Shown: positions 52,786-63,300 of the stretch, in pieces
How the letters are laid out: each line of letters opens with the position of its first letter
How positions within the stretch are numbered: the first letter of the stretch is position 1
DNA from: an uncultured Chloroflexia bacterium
GTDB taxonomy: Bacteria; Chloroflexota; Limnocylindria; Limnocylindrales; CSP1-4
NCBI GenBank assembly: GCA_963744115.1
Contig: CAVUSI010000002.1
Coordinates: forward strand, 473,209 to 537,208
Direction of reading: 5' to 3'
Length of the DNA stretch: 64,000 nucleotides
The notes under the pieces: model-generated
Database searches by the model: none
What the model was told of the DNA's origin: nothing
What the model saw: only the letters and a program-made list of their open reading frames with translations
Position numbers and translations under genes: made by a program

Positions 52786-53778
52786 TCAGTCGGTCAGCTC
52801 CAGCCGGGCGAGCTCCAACGCCCCGACGAGCGGGCCGCGCTCCCCGAGCAGGCCCGTCTCGATCCGCGGCGCCACCCGGACGGTCCAGGCGACGTGGCGG
52901 CGGACCGGCTCGAGCAGACCCGGGAGGGAGCCGACACCGCCGCTCAGCACGATGAGCTCGGGATCGAGCAACGCGACCAACGCGGAGATCCCGACGGCGA
53001 GGGCCTGCGCCTGATCCTCGATGAGCATCATCGCGACGGTGTCACCCTCGGCCGCCAGCAGCGTCGCATCGCCGACGCTCGCCCCGATCCACAACCGGGT
53101 GGGCGGTCCCGACCGAACGGCGGCATCGATCCGGTCGCGCAGGCCGGGGCCTGCGACCCGGGCCTCATACGACGGCACCTCACCGACGTCCGGAGGGCCT
53201 CCGGCGGCCGCGGGCTCGGACGAGCCCCCGCCGACCGGCAGGAACGCGATCTCGCCGGCCATCCCCCGCGCGCCGCGGATCAACCTGCCCCCGGCCACGA
53301 TCCCGACACCGATCCCGGTCCCGAGGGCGATGACGGCGAAGTCGTCGAGCCCGCGGGCGACGCCGTGCGCTCGCTCGCCGAGCGCGGCTGCATTCGCGTC
53401 GTTGTCCAGCGCGACGCGCATCCCGACGGCTCGTTCGAGATCCGAGCGGAGGCGGTCGGCGTCGGCCAGACCAGGGATGTTGTGGACGGAGTCGAGCTCG
53501 CCGCTGACCGGGTCCACGCCGACCGGGAGCGCGACCCCCGCCGACCGGATCGGCCGGTCGCTGGCGGCGGGACCGACCTCCCCGAGCAGGTCGTCGAGCG
53601 CCGCGGCGATCCGCTCGACGAGCCCGTGCGCCGAGTCGCGGACGGTGGGTTCGACCCGCTCGGCCAGGATGGTCCCGTCATCGTCGGCCAGGGCCGTCCT
53701 CAGCTTCGTGCCGCCCACGTCGACGCCGAACAGTCGACCCGCCGGCGCCTCCCGAGGCCCGGACCCGGCCCCGCTCAT
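52786..53778 (-). CDS. ROK-family protein
   Basis: GVDVGGTK, DNDANAAALGE, GTGIGVGI, AGEI; lacks the CxCG zinc motif. Confidence 0.9.
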   Translation of the reverse strand: MSGAGSGPREAPAGRLFGVDVGGTKLRTALADDDGTILAERVEPTVRDSAHGLVERIAAALDDLLGEVGPAASDRPIRSAGVALPVGVDPVSGELDSVHNIPGLADADRLRSDLERAVGMRVALDNDANAAALGERAHGVARGLDDFAVIALGTGIGVGIVAGGRLIRGARGMAGEIAFLPVGGGSSEPAAAGGPPDVGEVPSYEARVAGPGLRDRIDAAVRSGPPTRLWIGASVGDATLLAAEGDTVAMMLIEDQAQALAVGISALVALLDPELIVLSGGVGSLPGLLEPVRRHVAWTVRVAPRIETGLLGERGPLVGALELARLELTD

Positions 53779-55052
53779 GACCCGCTGAACCGCGGGAGGT
53801 ACCCGACGTTCCGCTCGAGGATCGCCTCGAGCAGGCCTTCGGCAGCGCGGACGTCCGGGACGAGGGGATTGGCGACCAGCGCCAGGAGGGCTGCCCGCTG
53901 ATCGCCGGTCGTCGCCGCGGTGACCGCCAGCTCCTCGTAGGCCTTGGCGGCCTGGACCAGCCCGCGCATCTCCGGCGCGAGCGGCGCCAGCGGCAGCGGA
54001 TGAGCCCCGTCGCGGTCGATCCGGGCCGGGATCTCGACCACGGCGCGGTCCGGCAGGTCGGGGATCGCCCCGTCGTTCCGGATATCGACCACCTGGACGT
54101 CCCCGGTCCCGGCGTGGAGCGATGCGATCAGCTGCGCCGCGGCCTCGCTGTAGAACGCCCCGCCGCGCTCCTCGAGGAGCGCCGGCTTCCGATCGAGGGT
54201 CGGGTCCCGATACAGATCGAGGAGCTCGCGCTCGATGGCCATGACGTCCTCCGCCCGGGTCCCGCCGGCGAGCTGCTCGGCGAGGACCTCGGCGGTCGCG
54301 TAGTAGTAGTGGAGGTAGTAGGAGGGGATCGCCCCGAGGGCCCGCAGCAACTCGACCGGTGAATCGACGTCCTCCGCGAGCCCGGCCGCCTCGGCGTCGT
54401 CCGCCAGCATCCCGGGCAGCCGATCGACGCCGTCGACCATGACCGCCCGGATCCAGGTCAGATGGTTGAGTCCGACGTGTTCGAGCGCCACCCGATCGGG
54501 GGTCACCCCGAACCGGGTGGCCAGCCGGCGCTGGAACCCGATGGCGACGTTGCACAGCCCGATCGCCCGGTGCCCGGCGTCGAGGAGGGCCTGGCTGACG
54601 ATCCCGACCGGGTTGGTGAAGTCCACGATCCAGGCGTCCGGTGCGCTCCTCCGGCCGACCTCCTCGGCCAGGTCGAGGACGACCGGTACCGTGCGGAGGG
54701 CCTTGGCGAACCCGCCCGGTCCCGTCGTCTCCTGGCCGATGCAGCCGAACCGGTGAGGAAGCGTCTCGTCGGTCAATCGAGCGGCCTGGCCGCCGACCCG
54801 GAGCTGGACCAGCACGAACGCGGCGCCGTCGATGGCATCGGCCCGATCGGTCGAGATGACGAGTCGTCCGGGCCAACCCTGCCGCCGCAGGATCCGGTCG
54901 GCGAGCCCGCCGACGATCGCCAGCCGGTCGGGGTCGATGTCGTACAGGACCAGCTCGTCGACGGGCAGGCTGGTGGTCCGGTCGGCGATGCCCTGGACGA
55001 GCTCCGGTGTGTAGGTGCTGCCTCCACCGATCACGGCGATCTTCAGGCCCAT
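53775..55052 (-). CDS. GH4 glycoside hydrolase (6-phospho-beta-glucosidase-like)
   Basis: IAVIGGGSTYTPEL, GQETTGPGG, FTNP, GLCN, GLNHL, GGAFYS. Confidence 0.94.
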   Translation of the reverse strand: MGLKIAVIGGGSTYTPELVQGIADRTTSLPVDELVLYDIDPDRLAIVGGLADRILRRQGWPGRLVISTDRADAIDGAAFVLVQLRVGGQAARLTDETLPHRFGCIGQETTGPGGFAKALRTVPVVLDLAEEVGRRSAPDAWIVDFTNPVGIVSQALLDAGHRAIGLCNVAIGFQRRLATRFGVTPDRVALEHVGLNHLTWIRAVMVDGVDRLPGMLADDAEAAGLAEDVDSPVELLRALGAIPSYYLHYYYATAEVLAEQLAGGTRAEDVMAIERELLDLYRDPTLDRKPALLEERGGAFYSEAAAQLIASLHAGTGDVQVVDIRNDGAIPDLPDRAVVEIPARIDRDGAHPLPLAPLAPEMRGLVQAAKAYEELAVTAATTGDQRAALLALVANPLVPDVRAAEGLLEAILERNVGYLPRFSGS

Positions 55053-55078
55053 CGGGTGCCCACCCTTCCACGAACCCC

Positions 55079-55123
55079 TTGACAACCGGACCTCAGCATG
55101 TCCAAGGTTCGTTATAACGTTAT
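55079..55123. promoter_or_regulatory. Divergent promoter with overlapping palindromes (GntR operator candidate)
   Basis: TTGACA at 55079; GTTATAAC at 55111-18 and ATAACGTTAT at 55114-23. Confidence 0.6.
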
Positions 55124-55154
55124 CAGCAACCAGCCCGCCGACGATAGGGTGCAG

Positions 55155-55925
55155 ATGGCGAGATTCCGGCTCGAATCCGGGCCCGTGCCGCTCCATCATC
55201 AGGTCTACGTCGACCTGCGTGCATCGCTCGATGCCGGGGAGTGGCGGCCTGGGGACCGACTCCCGACCGAGCGCGATCTCGCGGCCCGCTACGGGTGCAG
55301 CCTGATCACGGTCCGTCGCGCGCTGAGCGAGCTCGCCCGCGAGCACCGGCTCGAGCGGACCCGCGGGCGTGGCACGTTCGCCACCACGCCGCCGATCGAG
55401 CTGGACCTGGGTGGCTCGATGAGCTTCACCGAGGAGATGCAGGTTCGCGGTCTCGATCCCGAGACGCGGCTGCTGGTGGCTCGCCGGCAGCCCGCCGGAG
55501 AAGGCGTGGCCGAGGCGCTCGATCTCAAGGTCGGTGCCCCGACGCTGTTCGTCGAGCGGCTCCGCATCAGCGCCGGCGAGCCGCTGCTGCTCGAGGGCGT
55601 TCACCTGCCGGCCGATCGCTTCCCCGGCCTGCTGGCGGTCGACCTCGAGCACACCTCGCTGTACGAGCTGCTGACGACCCGCTACGGCACGCGGATCGTC
55701 CGGGCCCGCGAGTGGCTCGAGCCGGTCCACCCGTCCCGCCGGGTCGCCGACCTGCTCGGCCAGGATCCGCACCGGCCGGCGCTCCTGGTCGAGAGCATCG
55801 CCTATGGCGAGCACGACGTGCCGATCGAGTACGGCCGGTCGCACATCCGCGGCGACCGGACCCGCTACTACGTCGAACGGTTGGTCGTCCGATCCGAACA
55901 GGCCCTGCTGTCGGCGGTCAGGTGA
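55155..55925 (+). CDS. GntR/HutC-family regulator with UTRA domain
   Basis: PLHHQV...GDRLPTERDLAARYGCSLITVRRAL...RGRGTF, SFTEEM, SLYELL. Confidence 0.93.
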   Translation: MARFRLESGPVPLHHQVYVDLRASLDAGEWRPGDRLPTERDLAARYGCSLITVRRALSELAREHRLERTRGRGTFATTPPIELDLGGSMSFTEEMQVRGLDPETRLLVARRQPAGEGVAEALDLKVGAPTLFVERLRISAGEPLLLEGVHLPADRFPGLLAVDLEHTSLYELLTTRYGTRIVRAREWLEPVHPSRRVADLLGQDPHRPALLVESIAYGEHDVPIEYGRSHIRGDRTRYYVERLVVRSEQALLSAVR

Positions 55926-55973
55926 CCGCCCCGAACCATCCCCAAGTCGTTCGATAGGAGGAGGACAGGCACG

Positions 55974-57344
55974 ATGACAACCAGGATCAGGGCTCTGGCT
56001 GGACTGGCAGCACTGGCGATCATCGCCGGCGCCTGCGGGTCTTCGGCCGCCACCTCGGCGCCGACCAGCGCGGCGACCGCAGCACCGACCGCCGCTGCTT
56101 CGAGCGACGCGGGCGCCTCGATCGCTCCGACGCCCGCCCCGAGCTACGACACCACGCCCGTCACCATCAAGGTCTGGGACTACTACGGCGAGACCACCCC
56201 GATCAAGCCGGCCCTCGACGGGTTCAAGAAGGAATTCCCGTGGATCACGGTCGACTACCAGGCGCTCGACTGGGATTCGATGAACGAGAAGTTCAAGGCC
56301 GGCCTCGGAGCCGGTGAGGTCCCCGACCTCGCGACTCTCGACATGACCTGGATCCCGACCCTCGCCGCGAACGGCGCGCTCGACGACCTGACCCCGATCT
56401 CCGGCGGGATGCTCAACGGGACCCCGATCAAGGACCAGTACACCCCGGGCGCCCTCGACGCCATGACCTACGGCGACGAGATGGTGTCGATGCTGTACGA
56501 CTTCGACACCTACGCGCTGTACTACCGGAAGGACCTGTTCGACCAGAAGGGCATCGCCGTGCCGACGAACTGGGACGAGTTCCGGGCGGCCGCGAAGGCC
56601 CTGGCCGAGTCGTCCAAGCCGGGCGGCAAGCCGGACAAGTACCTCACGGCGATCCGTCCGAACAGCTTCCACTTCTCGCAGTACCTCTACCAGGACGGTG
56701 GCTCGCTGCTCAACGAGGACAACACCAAGGCCGTCTTCAACTCGCCCGAGGGCGTCGACGCGGTCGGTATCCAGAAGGCGATCCTGGATGACGGGAGCGG
56801 CAAGTACTGGGCCGACTCCCAGGGCGACCTGACCCCGGCGATCAAGTCCGGCGAGGTCGCGATGTTCCAGGACGGGCCGTACTACATGGGCCTGCTGAAG
56901 AGCGGCGTGCCCGAGCAGTCCGGCAAGTGGGCGGTGGCCACCGCCCCGTTCTCGAAGCAGCCCGGAAGCTACCTGGGCGGGACCGGCCTCGGTATCCCCG
57001 TCCAGGCCGAGCACAAGGACGCCGCTTGGCTGCTCGCCCAGTACCTCCTCCGGCCCGACCAGCAGATCGGTGTCTTCAACTACGCCGGTGCGGCGCCGGC
57101 GACGACCGCGGCGCTCCAGAGCCCGGACCTGACCAAGCCGGATCCGTACTTCGGCGGTGAGCAGCCGTTCAGCGTCTTCCTCGAGTCGATGAAGACCTCG
57201 CGTCCGTTCCCCTATGTCGGGGCGTGGGACGATATCGACGTCGCCATCGCGGACGCGATGCAGAAGGCCCTGCTCGGCAAGGCCGAGGTCCAGAAAGCCC
57301 TCGACGACGCGGTCAACGAGACGAACACCCTGCTCGCGAAGTGA
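55974..57344 (+). CDS. Sugar ABC transporter substrate-binding lipoprotein
   Basis: Lipobox IAGAC followed by an Ala/Thr/Pro linker; GEVPDL, ALYYRKDLF, PTNWDE, YLGGTGL. Confidence 0.93.
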   Translation: MTTRIRALAGLAALAIIAGACGSSAATSAPTSAATAAPTAAASSDAGASIAPTPAPSYDTTPVTIKVWDYYGETTPIKPALDGFKKEFPWITVDYQALDWDSMNEKFKAGLGAGEVPDLATLDMTWIPTLAANGALDDLTPISGGMLNGTPIKDQYTPGALDAMTYGDEMVSMLYDFDTYALYYRKDLFDQKGIAVPTNWDEFRAAAKALAESSKPGGKPDKYLTAIRPNSFHFSQYLYQDGGSLLNEDNTKAVFNSPEGVDAVGIQKAILDDGSGKYWADSQGDLTPAIKSGEVAMFQDGPYYMGLLKSGVPEQSGKWAVATAPFSKQPGSYLGGTGLGIPVQAEHKDAAWLLAQYLLRPDQQIGVFNYAGAAPATTAALQSPDLTKPDPYFGGEQPFSVFLESMKTSRPFPYVGAWDDIDVAIADAMQKALLGKAEVQKALDDAVNETNTLLAK

Positions 57345-57380
57345 TCGCACGGGAGCGATGACCGGAGGCCTGATCCGATC

Positions 57381-58253
57381 GTGAGCGCGAAGATCGCCCG
57401 GCGGTTCCGCGGGGCGTCGGCGGGCTACCTGCTGATCGCCCCGGCGCTCATCGTGACGATCGTATTCCTGGTCATCCCGATGATCGTGTCCGGGTACTGG
57501 AGCCTGACGCACTACAACGGCATCAAGCCGCCACAGTTCGTCGGGCTCCAGAACTACGTCGACGTCCTGACCAACCCGCGCTTCCAGCGATCGTTCCAGA
57601 ACACCATCTTCTTCGTCGTGATGGGGATGGCGATCGGGCCGCTCCTCGGGCTCGGCTCGGCCATCCTGCTCAACGACAAGCTCCGCCTCCGGGCGCTCTT
57701 CCGGACGTCGTTCTTCCTGCCGACGATGACCTCGCTCATCGTCGTGGCGACGATCTGGAAGCTGATGTACGCCGACAACGGGGTCATCAACGCGGTCGCG
57801 GCCACCTTCGGCCTGCCCGGCCACGACTGGCTCAACGATCCGACCCTGGCCCTGCCGGCGGTCGTGGTCACGGCCATCTGGCAGGGCTTCGGGTTCGAGA
57901 CCGTCGTCTTCCTGGCGGCCCTCCAGGCCGTCCCGAAGGAGTACTACGAAGCCGCGACGGTCGATGGCGCCGGCCGCTGGGCGAAGTTCCGCTGGGTGAC
58001 CCTGCCGGGCATCCGCCCGACGATCGTGTTCGTCTACGTGATCGGCATCATCGGCAGCTTCCAGACCTTCGACCAGGTCTTCGTCATGACCAACGGCGGC
58101 CCGATCCAGGCGACGCGGACGATCGTGTTCGACCTGGTCGACCGCTTCAACAAGCTCGACATCGGCGGCGCCTCGGCCGTCGCCTACATCCTGCTCGTCT
58201 TCCTGGCCGTGCTCAGCTACGCCCAGCTCCGGCTGGGCGAGGCGCGAGACTGA
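57381..58253 (+). CDS. Sugar ABC transporter permease 1
   Basis: YLLIAPA, VGLQNY, FFLP, EAA loop YYEAATVDGAGRWAKFRWVTLP. Confidence 0.95.
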   Translation: MSAKIARRFRGASAGYLLIAPALIVTIVFLVIPMIVSGYWSLTHYNGIKPPQFVGLQNYVDVLTNPRFQRSFQNTIFFVVMGMAIGPLLGLGSAILLNDKLRLRALFRTSFFLPTMTSLIVVATIWKLMYADNGVINAVAATFGLPGHDWLNDPTLALPAVVVTAIWQGFGFETVVFLAALQAVPKEYYEAATVDGAGRWAKFRWVTLPGIRPTIVFVYVIGIIGSFQTFDQVFVMTNGGPIQATRTIVFDLVDRFNKLDIGGASAVAYILLVFLAVLSYAQLRLGEARD

Positions 58254-58261
58254 GGCCGGCG

Positions 58262-59111
58262 ATGCGATCGAGGCGGCGCGACCGGATCGCCAAGAGCGGG
58301 TTCCTGCTGCTCGCGTCCCTCCTGATGATCGTCCCGTTCCTGTGGGCCCTGTCGACCTCGTTCAAGCTGCCCAGCGACGTGTTCGCCTACCCGCCGCGGT
58401 TCCTGCCCGACCCGTTCACCGCCGACAACTACCGGAACATCACCACGCTGATCCCGTTCCCCAGGTACTTCCTCAACAGCACGATCGTGACGGGCACGAT
58501 CGTCGTGCTCAATGTGTTCTTCGGGACCGCGGCGGCGTACGCCTTCGCCAAGCTCAAGTTCCCGGGACGCGACGCGATCTTCTTCCTGCTGCTGCTGACC
58601 CTGATGGTCCCGTTCCAGGTCAACCTCATCCCGCTGTTCAAGATGATGGTCGAGCTCCACAAGGCGATTCCCGCCGCTCGGCGCCGACACGTACTTCGGG
58701 CTGATCGCGCCGAGTGCCGTGTCGGTCTTCGGGATCTTCCTGATGCGGGGATTCCTGCGCTCGATCCCGGACGAGATCCTCGAGTCGGCCCGGATGGACG
58801 GTGCGTCCGAGCTCCGGGTCCTCCGTTCGATCGTCTTCCCGTTGGCGGTCCCGGGGATGGCCACCCTGGCGATCTTCACCTTCCTGGGGGCCTGGAACGA
58901 CTTCCTCTGGCCGCTGATCGTGACCAGCTCGGAGGACATGCGGACGCTGCCGCTGGGGCTCGCCCTGCTGGCCCGCCGGAACAACTCCGACTGGGGGACG
59001 ACGATGGCCGGGACGATCGTGACCGCCGCGCCGATGATCATCATCTTTCTGCTCATGCAGCGCCGGTTCATCGAGGGTCTGACCGCCGGAGCGGTCAAGG
59101 ACGGCGGGTGA
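58262..59111 (+). CDS. Sugar ABC transporter permease 2, one frameshift
   Basis: AAYAFAKLKFPGR in the first frame; EILESARMDGAS...IVFP, WNDFLWP and GAVK in ORF 58719..59111; extra C at ~58670. Confidence 0.88.
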
Positions 59112-60194
59112 GCGAGCGGCCGGCGGTCGCCGGCGGCGACCAATTCCTGACCGAGATCGGCGGCCAGCCCGAGGCGATGCGCCGGGCGCACGGAGCGGTG
59201 GCCCGCCAGGCGGACCGGCTCGGCGACCTGGCCCGGCGGCCTCGAGACGGGACGATCGTGATGACCGGCATGGGCAGCTCGTACGACGCCTGCCACGTGC
59301 CGGTGACGATGCTCACGGAGGGCGGATCGCGGGCGAGCCTGGTCAACGCCGCGGAGCTGCTCCACTTCCAGTCGGCGAGCCTCGACGGCCGGACGACGCT
59401 CGTCGTGGTCAGCCAGTCCGGACGGAGCGTCGAGATCGTCCGCCTGCTCGAGGACCTCGCCCGGCGACCAGACCGGCCCTTCGTCGTGGCCGTCACCAAC
59501 GGGACCGACAACCCCCTGGCAGTCGGGGCCGACGTCGCCTTCGACACGGCGGTCGGCGACGAGCTCGGTCCGTCGACGATGACCTTCGCCGGGTCGCTGG
59601 TGGCGCTCGATGCCGTCGCCCGGGTCCTCGCCGCCCCGTCGGCGGAGATCGACGACGTCGTCCGAGCCGTCGGTGCCGATGTCGACGGAGCCGCGAGTGG
59701 CGGCCGAGGCGCTGCTCGCCGAGCGGGCGGCGGTCAGCGCGATCATGGTCCGCTGGGCGGCGGCCCGGCCGCACCTGGTCATCCTCGGCCGAGGGACCGG
59801 GCGAGCGGCCGCGGACATGGCCGCCCTGACCATCAAGGAGGTCGCCGGGGCCTCCGCCGAGGCGCTGGTGGCGGCAGACTTCCGCCATGGTCCGCTCGAG
59901 CTCGTCGACCCGTCGCTGGCGGTCGCGTTCGTGACCCTGGAGACCGCGACCGACGGGATCGATCGGTCGTTCGCGACGGAGCTGTCGATCGGCCCCGCCT
60001 CGGTGGTCGTCGTCGGTCGCGAACCGGGCACCGACGGTGCCGTCGCATCGATCGCGATCGGCCCGGTCGACCGGCGCCTCGCGCCCGCGGTCGCGATGAT
60101 CCCGTTCCAGCTGCTCGCCCGCGAGCTGGCGATCGAGCGAGGACGACGGCCGGGCGAGTTCAGCCGGGCCTCCAAGGTCACGACGCGCGAATGA
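59108..60194 (+). CDS. Double-SIS-domain protein (GlmS/NagB-II/FrlB-like), one frameshift
   Basis: FLTEIGGQPEA, GMGSSY, SQSGRS, VTN, IKE...DFRHGP; break at ~59695. Confidence 0.85.
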
Positions 60195-62263
60195 GCGCGG
60201 TGGTCGGTCGCGGCCGGCATTACCTCCAGCGCGACGGGCGGTCGATCGTCCCGGTCGGCGCCCACTTCGTCCCGGTCGAAGGGCCCGATTGGCCGTGGCG
60301 GGTCGGACCGGAGGCGTTCGACCGGGCGTTCGCGGCGATGGCCGCGGCCGGGCTCGATACGGTCCGGATCGACCTCCTGTGGGCGGCGCTCGAACCGGCG
60401 GAGGGGCGATTCGACGCGGATCACCTCGCGGTCCTCGACGAGATCCTCGCCTCCGCCCGGCGACATGGGCTGCTCCTCCACCCGACGTTCTTCATCGGCG
60501 GCGAGGTCGGCGATGCCTACTGGGACGTCCCGTGGCGGGCGGGACGCCACCCGCACCGCGATCCGGGCCTGATCGATCGGCAGGCCGCGCACGTCGCCGA
60601 GCTCGGGCGGCGCTGGCGGGACGATCCGGCGATCCTCGCCTGGGACCTGACCGACGAGCCGCCCCTGTGGCTGTTCACCGACACGACGGACGACGACGCG
60701 CGAGGCTGGACGGCCGCCCTCGCCGCGTCGCTCCGATCCGTGGACCCGACCCACCTGATCACGATCGGGACGGCCAGCCAGGAGGTCGGGGTCGGACCGT
60801 TCCGGGCCGACGTCGTGGCTGGGCTGCTCGACTTCACGACCGTCCATCCGTACCCGACCTACAACCCCGACCTGGTCCCCGACAGCCTGCTCAGTCGACG
60901 GATGACCCAGGCGGCGGCCTTCGAGACGGCGCTGGCGGCCGGCGCGGGGCGCCCGGTGATGCTCCATGAGTACGGGGTCTCGTCGGCGCAGTTCGACCCG
61001 GAGCTCGCCGCCGACTACGACCGGCTGCTGAGCTGGTCGAGCTTCGGTCGCGGGGCGATCGGCTTCCTCGCCTGGTGCTGGACCGATGCCGAGCCGGCCG
61101 CGGCTCGCCGGGCGCCGTACGTCCGCCAGCCGCACGAGACCCAGTTCGGCGTGACCGACCACCTCGGCGGCTTGCGACCGCGTGGTCGGGTCCTCCGGGA
61201 GGTCGCCGCGACCCTCGCCGTCCTGTCCGACGACCTCGACGGCCTCGCCGGTGACGGACCGGTCGCCTGCTCGGCCATCCCGGTCCCGCACGAGTACGTC
61301 CGCGCCTACGACCCGGCGGGGTTCGGCCTGACCGACGCTCCGGCGGGACCCTATGCCCCGGCCGAGATGGCCTGGGCACCACAGCGGGACCACCTCCCGC
61401 TCGTGCGTGGCTGGCTCAACGCGTTCGTGCTTGCGGCGAGGGCCGGAGCGTCGGTGGCGTTCGAGCGCGAGTCGCTCGACGACGTCTGGCCGGTCGTCCC
61501 GCTGGTCATCGTCCCGGCGCCGCTCACGTCCACCACGTCGTCGCTGCTCCACGTGCGGACGAGCTTCTGGCACGGCGCGGAGGCGCACTTCGGGCGCGGC
61601 GGGTCGCTCTGGCTGTCGATGGCCGCCGATGCGGCCCTGCCCGGGATGGGGTCGCTGGCCGGCTGCCATCTCGCCGACCGCGCGCCCGCGGATCGCCCCG
61701 GCACGCTCCGGTTCGTCCGGCCGTGGGGCCCGTTCGCGACGGGGGACGAGCTGACCCTGCCGACCGGCGATGGCTCGCTGTCCACCCGCTGGGCGCGGCT
61801 GGCGCTCGACGACGGCGAGGTCGTCGCGCTCGATGCGGACGGCGGCCCCGGCCTGGTCGTCGCCGCCCGCGGGTCGGGGCTCGTCGCGACCTGCGCCGCG
61901 CCCGTCGAACTGCTCCTCGCGGCCCGGCCCGATGCGCACGGCGCGCTCGACCGGAGCTGGGGCCTGTACGCCGGGCTGCTCGCCGAGGCCGGCATCCGCG
62001 AGCCCGCCTCGGTCGACCATCCGGAGGTGACCTGCGGGACGCTCCACGGTCCGTCCGGTGGACTGGCGGTGCTCACGAACCACGGGGAGGCGGACCTTCG
62101 GGTGGACCTCCGGCTGCCGGACGATGCCGCCGCCATCCGTCGCTACCGGCCGACCGGGATCGAGCCGCTCGCGCCGGTCCGTGCGCCGACGGGGGACATC
62201 ACGGTCGCGCTCGAGCTGCCGCCCCGGGGCTTCGCGATCGTCGGCTGGGTGGGGCGGACGTGA
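60191..62263 (+). CDS. Clan GH-A glycoside hydrolase (GH5/GH42-like) with C-terminal extension
   Basis: GLDTVRI, WDLTDEP (acid/base), VHPY, MLHEYG (nucleophile), WCW. Confidence 0.85.
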   Translation: MSAVVGRGRHYLQRDGRSIVPVGAHFVPVEGPDWPWRVGPEAFDRAFAAMAAAGLDTVRIDLLWAALEPAEGRFDADHLAVLDEILASARRHGLLLHPTFFIGGEVGDAYWDVPWRAGRHPHRDPGLIDRQAAHVAELGRRWRDDPAILAWDLTDEPPLWLFTDTTDDDARGWTAALAASLRSVDPTHLITIGTASQEVGVGPFRADVVAGLLDFTTVHPYPTYNPDLVPDSLLSRRMTQAAAFETALAAGAGRPVMLHEYGVSSAQFDPELAADYDRLLSWSSFGRGAIGFLAWCWTDAEPAAARRAPYVRQPHETQFGVTDHLGGLRPRGRVLREVAATLAVLSDDLDGLAGDGPVACSAIPVPHEYVRAYDPAGFGLTDAPAGPYAPAEMAWAPQRDHLPLVRGWLNAFVLAARAGASVAFERESLDDVWPVVPLVIVPAPLTSTTSSLLHVRTSFWHGAEAHFGRGGSLWLSMAADAALPGMGSLAGCHLADRAPADRPGTLRFVRPWGPFATGDELTLPTGDGSLSTRWARLALDDGEVVALDADGGPGLVVAARGSGLVATCAAPVELLLAARPDAHGALDRSWGLYAGLLAEAGIREPASVDHPEVTCGTLHGPSGGLAVLTNHGEADLRVDLRLPDDAAAIRRYRPTGIEPLAPVRAPTGDITVALELPPRGFAIVGWVGRT

Positions 62264-63294
62264 CGGCGGCGATCCTGGCCGTCGACGGTGGCAACTCCAA
62301 GGCCGACATCGCGCTCGTGGCTCCGGACGGGACGCTCCTCGGGGCGGTGCGGGGGCCGACGGTCTCCCACCAGGCCGTCGGCCTCGGGCCTGGGCTCGAT
62401 GCCCTCGAGTCGACCGTCGGACACCTGCTCCGTCATGCCGCTGCCGACCCCGACCTGCGGCCGGTGGCGCGGGTCGGCATCTTCACCCTGGCCGGCGCGG
62501 ACCTCCCCGCCGACATGCGGCTGCTCCGGCGGGCGCTCGTCGAACGGGCGCTGGTCGACGAGGTCGTCGTCCTCAACGACACCCACGCCGCGCTGCGGGC
62601 CGGGAGCGATCGCCCGTGGGGTGTCGTCGTCGTCTGCGGTGCCGGGATCAACGGACTGGGGGTCGGCCCGACCGGCCGGACGGTCCGCTTCGCCGGCGTC
62701 GGCGAGTACTCCGGCGACCGCGGCGGCGGCGGCGATGTCGGGACCGCCGCCCTGGCGGCGGCGATCCGGGGCCGTGACGGTCGAGGACCCCGAACCAACC
62801 TCGAGCGGCGCGTCCCGGCCCACTTCGGTCTGCGCCGGCCCGACGACCTGACGCTCGAGCTGTACTCGGGACGGCTCGACCCGGACCGCCTCCGCGAGCT
62901 CACCCCGCTCGTCTTCGCGACCGCGGCCGACGGGGACACCGTCGCGACCGCGATCGTCGACGCCCTGGCCGATGAGGTCGTCGCCTGGGCACGAGCGATC
63001 ATCCGACGACTGCACCTTACCCGCCGCGACGTCCCGGTCGTCCTGTCGGGCGGTGTCTTCCGGACGTCGTTCGAGCCGTTCTTCGCTCGGATCCGGTCGG
63101 GTGTCGCGCGAGTCGCTCCGAGCGCCCTGGTCGAGCGACTCGACGCCCCGCCGGTCCTGGGTGCGGCGCTCCTCGGTCTCGATCGCCTCGAGCTCCAACC
63201 CGCCGACCGACGAGCGGCCGAGGTCCGGCTCCGTGCGACCCTGACCGATGACCGGTTGCGGACCGGCGCCGCCGGGCTGCCGGACGAGGGGTAG
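62260..63294 (+). CDS. BadF/BadG-type sugar kinase (GlcNAc/GlcN kinase-like)
   Basis: LAVDGGNSK, NDTHAAL, VCGAG, GGGG, LSGGVF. Confidence 0.9.
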   Translation: MTAAILAVDGGNSKADIALVAPDGTLLGAVRGPTVSHQAVGLGPGLDALESTVGHLLRHAAADPDLRPVARVGIFTLAGADLPADMRLLRRALVERALVDEVVVLNDTHAALRAGSDRPWGVVVVCGAGINGLGVGPTGRTVRFAGVGEYSGDRGGGGDVGTAALAAAIRGRDGRGPRTNLERRVPAHFGLRRPDDLTLELYSGRLDPDRLRELTPLVFATAADGDTVATAIVDALADEVVAWARAIIRRLHLTRRDVPVVLSGGVFRTSFEPFFARIRSGVARVAPSALVERLDAPPVLGAALLGLDRLELQPADRRAAEVRLRATLTDDRLRTGAAGLPDEG

Positions 63295-63300
63295 CGGCCC

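Noticed and set aside
53775-57824. 1349-aa ORF as one giant GH4 protein
   Set aside because: The N-terminal ~920 aa are the antisense shadow of the GntR and ABC genes; GH4 starts at MGLKIAVIGGGS (55052).
58262-62263. 1333-aa permease-SIS-GH fusion
   Set aside because: An artefact of two compensating frameshifts joining three separate genes that each have their own overlapping start and stop.
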